A stretch of 64,000 bases of DNA from Lachnospiraceae bacterium (GTDB lineage: Bacteria; Bacillota_I; Bacilli_A; RFN20; CAG-826): positions 64,888 to 128,887 of the forward strand of contig CAVKAR010000001.1 in assembly GCA_963654425.1 (NCBI GenBank), in the 5' to 3' direction. Under the pieces are notes generated by a model that saw nothing but the letters and a program-made list of their open reading frames with translations, did no database searches and was not told the origin of the DNA. Shown piece after piece: positions 27,212-34,881 of the stretch (position 1 is its first letter; each line of letters begins with the position of its first letter). The position numbers and the translations under genes were made by a program.

Positions 27212-27949
27212 ATGCAGATAGTCCTTTCTGAATTAATAGTCAAATACCAAAACAAAAACAAAAGGGAAACGGTTGCCGTCAATAAGGCGAGCGCCGTTTT
27301 CCCTTCTTCCTCCTTCAATGTCGTTTTAGGGCCGTCGGGGTGCGGGAAAAGCACCCTTTTGAAGGCTATCGCCGGCTCTATTGATTATGATGGCGATATC
27401 TTTTTCGATGGCGTCGATAGAAGAGATATTTCCCAAGGCAAAGCTTCTTTGTCTTACGTCCCTCAAGAAATACATCTCTATCCTTTTTATACCTTATTCG
27501 ACAACATCGCTTTCCCACTCAAGCTGAGGAAGACGCCGCGTGATGAGATGCTCAAGAAAGTCAGGGAAATCGCGGAAGAGCTCGATATCGCCGTCTGCTT
27601 GAACGTCAGGCCAAAGTTTTGCTCGGAAGGGCAAAGGCAAAGGGCCATGCTTGCCCGCGAGCTCGTCAATAAGCCGAAAGTCGCTCTTTTCGATGAGCCG
27701 CTTTCTTCTCTTGATCCTATTACCAAAAAAGACATTTGCTCGTTATTGAAGAAATATCAAAAAGAGCATGGCATGAGCGTAATTTACGTCACCCATTCCT
27801 TCAATGAGTCGATGCTTCTCGCTGATAAGCTGTTTTTGATGGAAAACGGCGAATTCACGGCAATCGATACGCCGATGCATCTCCTCAATCAAGGGAACTC
27901 TTTCTTGAAGAAAATGGAAGAAAGCGAGGAGATGGAGGTCCGCTCATGA
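27212..27949 (+). CDS. ABC transporter ATP-binding protein, short MalK/UgpC-like NBD without C-terminal regulatory domain
   Basis: Walker A is GPSGCGKST, the Q-loop is YVPQE, Walker B is ALFDEP with D-loop SSLD, and the H-loop is YVTHS. The signature motif reads CSEGQ instead of LSGGQ. ATG 27212 is preferred over the TTG at 27203, which overlaps the upstream stop. Confidence 0.8.
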   Translation: MQIVLSELIVKYQNKNKRETVAVNKASAVFPSSSFNVVLGPSGCGKSTLLKAIAGSIDYDGDIFFDGVDRRDISQGKASLSYVPQEIHLYPFYTLFDNIAFPLKLRKTPRDEMLKKVREIAEELDIAVCLNVRPKFCSEGQRQRAMLARELVNKPKVALFDEPLSSLDPITKKDICSLLKKYQKEHGMSVIYVTHSFNESMLLADKLFLMENGEFTAIDTPMHLLNQGNSFLKKMEESEEMEVRS

Positions 27950-28809
27950 AGAAAAGCAGAAGCACTGATTTTTCTTGCAGCGAATTGCCTCAGACGAGGA
28001 AGGACCAGTATTTTTTCCTGCTCCGCAACCAATATTGGAATTTGCTCAAAATCGGGTTTGTCGCTTTCTTGTTTTTCATTCCTTACATCTTTATTTACGT
28101 GGTGAAGGACATACTGAATCTCGAATTTTTGAATTTGCTCAATGCCGGCTCGCTCGAAGAAGGGGAATACCATACTTATTTCCTCATCAACACGGTTGCG
28201 GCGAATATCTTGGCCTATTTGCTTTTGCCGGTTTTGATTATCGGCATATCTGGCCTAAACCGTCTTTTCCGCCTTTTGGTGGAGGGCGAGCCTATCGTCT
28301 TCAAGGAGGATTTCGCCTTTGGCGTCAAGCAGAATTACGGAAGGACGCTCCAAGGCGCCTTGCTTTTCGGTTTCATTCTCCTTTTGCATCAGTGCCTTAT
28401 CAGCTATTTTCAAAGCCCGATCATCATTGCCCCTTCTTTTCTCTTCATCTTCCTATTGATTGTGCCCATTTCCTTCATCTATTTGGTCTATTCATCATAT
28501 TATGATGACAGGTTCATAACGAACTTGGGCAATTCGATTAGGCTTTATGCGCCGAGGTGGTGGCAAATATTGTTGCTCGGTGGGGTCGCGATTATCGCTT
28601 TTTATGGCCTTGAATCAATACCTATTTACCATTTGAAAGCCATCATTTCGACCTTAACGATATTTCTCGGCTTTCCTTTATTCGGCTTATCGTTCCATGA
28701 AGTCGCCATAAGTGACTTCGACGTTTCGATCAACCAATACCAATTCCCGGAGAGGACAGGTCTAGGTTTGTATAAGGCACCATCAAAAGCGAGGGAGAGA
28801 GATTTATGA
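27946..28809 (+). CDS. polytopic membrane protein, YesL/DUF624-like
   Basis: Its ATG overlaps the ATPase stop (ATGA). It has about 6 hydrophobic segments. The N-terminal pattern (YFFLLRNQYWNLLKIGFVAFLFFIPYIF) and its position in a sugar ABC operon resemble YesL-family proteins. Confidence 0.5.
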   Translation: MKKSRSTDFSCSELPQTRKDQYFFLLRNQYWNLLKIGFVAFLFFIPYIFIYVVKDILNLEFLNLLNAGSLEEGEYHTYFLINTVAANILAYLLLPVLIIGISGLNRLFRLLVEGEPIVFKEDFAFGVKQNYGRTLQGALLFGFILLLHQCLISYFQSPIIIAPSFLFIFLLIVPISFIYLVYSSYYDDRFITNLGNSIRLYAPRWWQILLLGGVAIIAFYGLESIPIYHLKAIISTLTIFLGFPLFGLSFHEVAISDFDVSINQYQFPERTGLGLYKAPSKARERDL

Positions 28810-30329
28810 AACTGAACAGAGAAGAATATCTCGACAAAGTTCGCGCTTGCTTCATCGGCAAGAATATCGGCGGTACCATTGGCGGCCCCACCGAAGGGCA
28901 ACGGGCGATTTTGAACGTTCAGGGATTTGTTACCCCGAAAGGCGAGCCGCTCCCTAATGACGACTTGGACCTCCAGCTCATTTGGCTTCGCGCCCTCGAG
29001 ATGCAAGGCCCAGCCCATATCAACAGCGAGATTCTCGGCGAATATTGGCTCAATTTCATCCCACCATCCTGGGGAGAATACGGAATCGCGAAAGCCAACA
29101 TGAAGCAAGGGCTCAATCCCGAGATTGCCGGCAGCAGCGGCGTCAATATCTGGAGCCATTCCAACGGCGCTTGGATCAGGAGCGAGATTTGGGCTTGCAC
29201 AAACCCCGTCATGGTCGATCAAGCCGTCAGATATTCCTATCATGACGCTTTGGTGGATCACGGGATTGGGGAAGGCACCTCCGCCGCGGCTTTCTTGACG
29301 GCGATAGAAAGCGCCGCCTTTGCGATAAAAGACATTAGGCAGATCATTCAAATCGGCTTGGCAAAAATCGATGCGGATAGCCGTTTAGCCAAAAGCGTGA
29401 ATGAAGTAATAAGGCTTCATGATGAAGGCAAAAGCTGGGTTGAGACGCGTAACGCCATCGTCAAGATGAACGAGGATATCGCCGATGGCTGGTTCCAAGC
29501 GCCAAGCAACGTAGCTTTCGTGCTCATTGGCTTATTGTATGGCGAAGGCGATTTCAAAAAATCCTTGCTCACCGCCGTCAATTGCGGCGATGACACCGAC
29601 TGCACGGGGGCAAGCGTCGGGGCGATACTCGGCATTATCAATGGATGTGCAGGCTTACCAGAAGATTGGGTCCAATATATCGGTAGCCGCATTGTGACTT
29701 GCTCAATCAATATGGGCACTTCTTCCAGAATCCCGACGAATATCGACGATTTAGTGCGCCGCGTTGGCAAAATGGCCGAGATTTGCGCCTATTTTAACGG
29801 GAATGCGATGTATTCCCCGACCCTAAAAGGGGTTGATGTTGAATTCGTCGACGCTAAGACTGAGCTTGAACCGAATCTGTTTTCCTTGCTCACTCGCTCG
29901 TGGGGAGAGAACAACGAGCAAGACGATATCCGCGCTTTGCGCTTGACGCTCCGAAAAGACACCTTTGCCGTCCATTTGGGCGCGATTACCGCCGTAATCC
30001 GCTACGAAAACGGGATTGGCATCAAAGCCAATGAGAAAAAGAGCATCGGAGTCACTTTCGTCAATAATGTGAAGGCATATGGCAATGAGCCGCTGACTGC
30101 GAAAGTCAAATTGCACTTACCTCCCGACTTCGAGGCGCTTGAAAGCGCGGCCGATGTGGCGGTGCCTTGCTGGACTGCCCTCACCCCGATGGCTCATAGC
30201 GAGGAAATAACCTTCTCCTTCTTGGTGAAGCAGATTCACGATACGAAAGAGACGGCGGTGCTTGAGATTGAAGTGCCAGAGCACGGGAAAACGCATTACG
30301 TCAACGTGGCGTTCATGAAGCGTCAGTGA
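28806..30329 (+). CDS. ADP-ribosylglycohydrolase (ARH/DraG)-family protein with ~170-aa C-terminal extra domain
   Basis: The N-terminus is DKVRACFIGKNIGGTIGGPTEG. The acidic pair is NDDLDLQLIWL. The metal-site motif is NCGDDTDCTGASVGAILGII. It is 507 aa against about 300-350 aa for a plain ARH domain, and it has no signal peptide. Confidence 0.75.
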   Translation: MKLNREEYLDKVRACFIGKNIGGTIGGPTEGQRAILNVQGFVTPKGEPLPNDDLDLQLIWLRALEMQGPAHINSEILGEYWLNFIPPSWGEYGIAKANMKQGLNPEIAGSSGVNIWSHSNGAWIRSEIWACTNPVMVDQAVRYSYHDALVDHGIGEGTSAAAFLTAIESAAFAIKDIRQIIQIGLAKIDADSRLAKSVNEVIRLHDEGKSWVETRNAIVKMNEDIADGWFQAPSNVAFVLIGLLYGEGDFKKSLLTAVNCGDDTDCTGASVGAILGIINGCAGLPEDWVQYIGSRIVTCSINMGTSSRIPTNIDDLVRRVGKMAEICAYFNGNAMYSPTLKGVDVEFVDAKTELEPNLFSLLTRSWGENNEQDDIRALRLTLRKDTFAVHLGAITAVIRYENGIGIKANEKKSIGVTFVNNVKAYGNEPLTAKVKLHLPPDFEALESAADVAVPCWTALTPMAHSEEITFSFLVKQIHDTKETAVLEIEVPEHGKTHYVNVAFMKRQ

Positions 30330-30338
30330 GGAGAGCCT

Positions 30339-31577
30339 ATGAAAAAAGAGATTTTGCGGATGGCGGTGGTCGGATTCGGTCATCGCGGATACGATTTGAC
30401 CACTTGCATCTTGATGAAACAGAAAGACGTCGAGATCGTTTCGCTCAGCGATGTATACCTCGATCGCGCCGGAAAGGTCGCCGACTTAATCGAGAAAGAA
30501 GGCAAAAAGCGGCCGTTTACGAGCGATGACTATAAAAAGGCTTTGGACGTGGAGGGGCTAGATGCCGTTTTGGTTTCCTCTTCCTGGGAAAGCCATCTCG
30601 AAATCGCGATTTACGCCTTAAGGAAGCATATCGCCGTGGCGATGGAAGTAGGCCGCGCCTATTCCTTGGAGCAGCTTTGGGAGCTTGTCCGCGCGGAAGA
30701 AGAAACCGGCACGCCGTTCATGCTTATGGAGAATTGCTGCTTCGATAAAGAAGAGCTTTTGGCCACCCATATGGCCCGCTTAGGGTATTTTGGCGAAATC
30801 GTCCACTGCGAAGGCGCCTACGCCCACGATTTGCGGAAAGAGATTTCCGATGGTCATATCACGAAGCACTACCGCTTAAGGAACTATCAATTCGGCAATT
30901 GCGACAATTACCCAACCCATGAGATTGGGCCAATCGCGAAACTTCTCGATATCAATAGAGGTAACCGTTTCGTGAGCCTAGTCGCCGTATCATCAAAAGC
31001 CGCAGGGCTCCATGAATACGTTTCCCAACACAAAGACATTTACCCTGAGCTCCAAGAAGCCAAATGGAATCAAGGAGACGTCGTCTCCTCAATCATCAAA
31101 TGCGCGAATGGAGAGACCATCTCCATCAAACTCGAGACGACTTTGCCGCGCTTCTATAACCGCGCTTTCGCCGTGAGGGGAACGAAAGGCTTTTACGAGG
31201 CCGCCACAAATCTCGTATATTTGGACTCGGATGAAAAAGACCCTCCTCGGACTTACGAGAGCTACGCCAAATTGATCAATAACGGCGAAAAATACAAGCA
31301 ATTCCTGCCTCAAATGTGGCAGAACATCACCGAAGAACAGCTTAAAGCGGGGCACGGCGGCATGGATTACATGGAATTCCGCTCTTTCATCGACCACGTG
31401 AAAAATGGCGAAGAACCGGTCATCGATGTTTACGATACCGCTAGCTGGATGGCTATTGCGGTCTTAAGCGAAGAATCGATCCAAAAAGGCGGAGCGCCAG
31501 TGTCCTTCCCTGATTTCACCAACGGGAAATGGATGAGCAGGGCTCGCTTAGACGTTATCGATTTCGATAAGGATTAG
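30339..31577 (+). CDS. GH109-like NAD-dependent glycosidase (alpha-N-acetylgalactosaminidase family; Gfo/Idh/MocA fold)
   Basis: Rossmann start MAVVGFGHRG. The segments ENCCFDKEELLATHMARLGYFGEIVHCEGAYAHDLR, YPTHEIGPIAKLLDINRGNRF, GHGGMDYMEF and PDFTNGKWMSR parallel the Elizabethkingia GH109 enzyme as I recall it. There is no signal peptide, so the protein is cytoplasmic. Confidence 0.78.
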   Translation: MKKEILRMAVVGFGHRGYDLTTCILMKQKDVEIVSLSDVYLDRAGKVADLIEKEGKKRPFTSDDYKKALDVEGLDAVLVSSSWESHLEIAIYALRKHIAVAMEVGRAYSLEQLWELVRAEEETGTPFMLMENCCFDKEELLATHMARLGYFGEIVHCEGAYAHDLRKEISDGHITKHYRLRNYQFGNCDNYPTHEIGPIAKLLDINRGNRFVSLVAVSSKAAGLHEYVSQHKDIYPELQEAKWNQGDVVSSIIKCANGETISIKLETTLPRFYNRAFAVRGTKGFYEAATNLVYLDSDEKDPPRTYESYAKLINNGEKYKQFLPQMWQNITEEQLKAGHGGMDYMEFRSFIDHVKNGEEPVIDVYDTASWMAIAVLSEESIQKGGAPVSFPDFTNGKWMSRARLDVIDFDKD

Positions 31578-31580
31578 CCG

Positions 31581-33251
31581 ATGGACAACATCTACTTCAA
31601 ACTGCTGCAGAAATGGTGCGACGGGCTTTTGTCTCATCAAATCGTCAGAGATGACGAAGCCTTTAAAGGCGGCTTTCTCTGCCCCTCCTGCAAGATGATC
31701 CACGGAAGGAGCCCGGACGCCATTTACCCTCTAGGCGTGCTTTATAAAATCACGAAAGACGAGAAATACCTTGAAGCCCTTAAGATGGTTTTCGAGTATG
31801 GCAAGCAATTGGAGTGCCTAGACGGCTCTTTCTACAATGACGCCCAAGCCGCATGGCCCTATACGACCGTCTTCCAGGAAATCGCGATCTTAGAAAGCCT
31901 CAATTCCTTCGGGGATTTGCTTGATTCTTCCTTTAAGGGCGAAATGGTTGCTAGAGCTATGCGGATGGCCGCCTGGCTATACGACAATCTTGATGAGAAA
32001 TCGCGCCCGAACATCAATTACTGCGCCACCAATTCCTTGGCCCTTCAACTTGCTGGGCGGTATTTCAACGAAGAGAGATACTTGAGGAAATCGCGCTCCC
32101 TTTTCTCCTATGCCTTGAACCATTTTTCCGAAAACGGCCTATTTTATGGCGAATCGAAGAACCATGACGAGAGAAGCGCGAAAGGGTGTTTGTCGATCGA
32201 TATGGGCTACGCCTTGGAAGAATCGATTCCGTCTTTAGTGAAATGCGCCTTCATTTTGAACGATAGGAAGGCCAAGCAGTTCTTGAAGGCCAAGCTCCTT
32301 GAAAACGCCTGGTTCATTTTGCCTGACGGGGGTTTAGACAATAGCTTCGGCGTGCGCAACAACAAGTGGACTTATTACGGCTCAAGGACGAGCGATGGCT
32401 TATCCCCAGCCTATCTCCTTTTTGCTCCAGAAGAGCCGCTTTTCCAGGAAATCGCTTATCGCAACACCGCTTTGCTTGATAGATGCAGCGACGGCGGGCT
32501 TCTTTTCGGTGGCCCTGATTATGCTTTAGAAGGGGAATATCCTTGCCTTCACCATACCTTCGAGCACGCCAACGCGATTGCTTTCGACGTGGAGACGATT
32601 GATGAAAAATACCTAAAATCATCGGGCATGAAACTGCCATCGGAAAATGAATTCCGTTCATATTACCCAGAGCTTGATTTATATCGCCTTAGGGTTGGCG
32701 ATTACACGCTTGATGTCTCAGGATACGATTTCAATATCCCTTTCTCGGGCCATGCTGGGGGAGGGAGCATCACGATGCTATACGGCCCCAAAGGCCCGAT
32801 GATCATGGGTTCAGTCCTTGATTATCTACCTTTGGCGGAGCCGACCAACCAACAGCTTCCGAAAAACCCATCATCCCATCGTTCATTGCTCCCTAGATTG
32901 GAGAAAAACGGGCATTATTCCTGCTACTACAGCAAGGATGTTATCACGAAGAGAAACGAAGGGGGGAAAGCTATTTTCACCATTATCGGGGGTTTATCGA
33001 CCCGCAAAGGGGAATGCTTGGAAGAGAAACCGACCTTTATTTACGAAATAAGCAAAGAAGGGCTCCATATCCGCATTAAGGCAAGCCAAGATGCCAAATT
33101 CGTTTTGCCGCTCATCAATGGGAAAACCGATATAGAAAGCGGGACGCTCCTCAGTAGCGATGATATCTTCTTTTTGACGGGCGGCTTCAAAGCCAAGGAA
33201 TACGTCGTTGCGCCTAGCGAAAACGGGGATATCGCCATTTTCGTGCGTTAA
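31581..33251 (+). CDS. hypothetical 556-aa cytoplasmic protein (last gene of glycan operon)
   Basis: Tightly packed, 3 nt after the GH109-like gene. I recognise no family. Notable segments are FKGGFLCPSCKMIHGRSPDAIYPLG and helix-rich repeats that suggest an alpha/alpha-toroid. Confidence 0.6.
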   Translation: MDNIYFKLLQKWCDGLLSHQIVRDDEAFKGGFLCPSCKMIHGRSPDAIYPLGVLYKITKDEKYLEALKMVFEYGKQLECLDGSFYNDAQAAWPYTTVFQEIAILESLNSFGDLLDSSFKGEMVARAMRMAAWLYDNLDEKSRPNINYCATNSLALQLAGRYFNEERYLRKSRSLFSYALNHFSENGLFYGESKNHDERSAKGCLSIDMGYALEESIPSLVKCAFILNDRKAKQFLKAKLLENAWFILPDGGLDNSFGVRNNKWTYYGSRTSDGLSPAYLLFAPEEPLFQEIAYRNTALLDRCSDGGLLFGGPDYALEGEYPCLHHTFEHANAIAFDVETIDEKYLKSSGMKLPSENEFRSYYPELDLYRLRVGDYTLDVSGYDFNIPFSGHAGGGSITMLYGPKGPMIMGSVLDYLPLAEPTNQQLPKNPSSHRSLLPRLEKNGHYSCYYSKDVITKRNEGGKAIFTIIGGLSTRKGECLEEKPTFIYEISKEGLHIRIKASQDAKFVLPLINGKTDIESGTLLSSDDIFFLTGGFKAKEYVVAPSENGDIAIFVR

Positions 33252-33266
33252 CGCCTATTTGCTTAC

Positions 33267-34499
33267 CTATTTGCTTTGATTCGCTTCTAGGTCGTTTATC
33301 ATCAACAAAACCAAGAAATTCCAGCTCTGGAAGCCTGGGTTGCGTAAACCCATTCCGGTCTCTGAATCGTAGTATTCGGAGAATTCGCCTTGCTTTTCCA
33401 GGTCTTTTCCTAATAAGCAGATGGTTTTTTCCGCCAGTTCTTTCGCTAAAGCGATATAGCCGTAATTCTTTAAGCCCATATAGGCAAAATAATTGGCGTT
33501 GATCCAGATGGGTCCGCTCCAGCAGGAAGGGTTGCCCGAGGAGATATTCCTGAACATTTTCTCCTCTTTCGAGACGCTTCTGATGCCGAAATCGCTATAA
33601 AGTGTTTTTGGGTTGGAGTAATGTTCTTCAACGACTTTTTTCGCTTCTTCCTTGCTTGCGATCTTGCACCATAGCGGCAATATGCCAGCCCATGTTTCGA
33701 TTCTCATAGGCAAGGAGTGGTACTGCCTTGGGGCTCCGCTTTGGAGCCACTCATTCGGATCGACTTTGCGAAGGGAGATATCGGCACTATAGAAGAAACC
33801 GTCCCTTTCATCGTATAGCTCAGCCCTGATCGCTTCCGCTAAAGCGGTGGCTTTCTCTTTGTATTCCTTTTCTTCGTCAGTCAAAGACAACATGCGCGCC
33901 AAAGCGGTCATGGCCTGGTATTCCATTTGCATCAAGGAATTGAGATAGATGGTGGCCGTAGAGCATTTAGGGCGATAAAAAGCCGTTGGGTCATTATCGA
34001 AACCGAGCCCCAAATCGTCGATTGGGAAAAATAAACCCGTTTCCTCGTCTTTTTGATGCTTCTCGTAATAAGCGAGGAATTGGCATAGCTTTGGATAATC
34101 GCCCCTTATCCATTCAGCGTCTTTGTAGTGCTTTGATATCTCATAAGCGTGAATGGCTAAGCAAGGCTTATGCATATTGGTGAATGTCTCTGGCTTCAGA
34201 TCGAAAAGCCAAGATGGGCTATCCTGCACCAAAATCGGGATTCTTCCTTCTTCATCTTGCGCGTCCAAGAAATTCAGAACGCAGCCTTTTTCATAAGCCT
34301 CGATTGAGGGATCATCGATGCTTAAAAGGGCTAAGCCGGTAAGCCATGAATCCCAATCCCAGAGCTGATGCTTATAAGAGGCGCCCGGGACCAAAAACGG
34401 GTGTTTCAGATTGCCGATCGGTTCCCGAAAGTTTTTGCGATAATTGCTTAAAATGTAGCCTTTGATCTCGTTGACGTATTTTTCGATTTCTTGATTCAT
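33267..34499 (-). CDS. GH63-like / MGH1-like (alpha/alpha)6 glycoside hydrolase
   Basis: The motifs HQLWDWDSWL, GPIWINANYF and EFSEYYDSETGMGLRNPGFQSWN are typical of the GH63/GH37-like clan. The start is ATG 34499 (MNQEIEKY) or ATG 34526. Confidence 0.65.
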   Translation of the reverse strand: MNQEIEKYVNEIKGYILSNYRKNFREPIGNLKHPFLVPGASYKHQLWDWDSWLTGLALLSIDDPSIEAYEKGCVLNFLDAQDEEGRIPILVQDSPSWLFDLKPETFTNMHKPCLAIHAYEISKHYKDAEWIRGDYPKLCQFLAYYEKHQKDEETGLFFPIDDLGLGFDNDPTAFYRPKCSTATIYLNSLMQMEYQAMTALARMLSLTDEEKEYKEKATALAEAIRAELYDERDGFFYSADISLRKVDPNEWLQSGAPRQYHSLPMRIETWAGILPLWCKIASKEEAKKVVEEHYSNPKTLYSDFGIRSVSKEEKMFRNISSGNPSCWSGPIWINANYFAYMGLKNYGYIALAKELAEKTICLLGKDLEKQGEFSEYYDSETGMGLRNPGFQSWNFLVLLMINDLEANQSK

Positions 34500-34817
34500 C
34501 AGAAAACCCTTCATCTCTTTAAGCATATTCTAAAAAGAAAGATGGCAAGAACAAGCGCGAGGGCTTTTTTGCCTAGAATATGGCTAATTTTAAGAGGATA
34601 GGCCCATCGCTCATCGCTACTCTTTTTGCTTATATCAGCGATACGAGAAATCATCATGGCTTTTTACTGGCGGTGATTATTAAAAAGTTTGCAAAAAGCC
34701 AACCAAATAAACGCGGTTTTCGTGAATAAAAAAGAAAAACACGGCGTTATTGCGCCGATTTCATTGCCTTGCTATTTGTGCTTAAAATGATAAACTGAAT
34801 GAAGTTTGTCGGAGGAC

Positions 34818-34881
34818 GGGTAATCGCAATTACCTCGTTAGATGAGACACTAAGTGCGCTTAGCTAGGGAGGTAATTTATG
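34818..34881 (+). promoter_or_regulatory. 5' leader with potential RBS-sequestering helix upstream of the MATE gene
   Basis: AATTACCTC (34828-34836) is perfectly complementary to the SD region GAGGTAATT (34869-34877). The same segment can instead pair locally with GGGTAAT (34818-34824). A second small hairpin is CTAAG-TGCG-CTTAG (34850-34863). Confidence 0.35.

Noticed and set aside
27975-29351. A 176-aa alternative-frame ORF within the YesL-like gene, and a 241-aa antisense ORF opposite the ARH gene.
   Set aside because: Both are fully nested in better-supported genes that are translationally coupled to their neighbours. Their Arg/Pro/Gly-rich composition is typical of off-frame translation.
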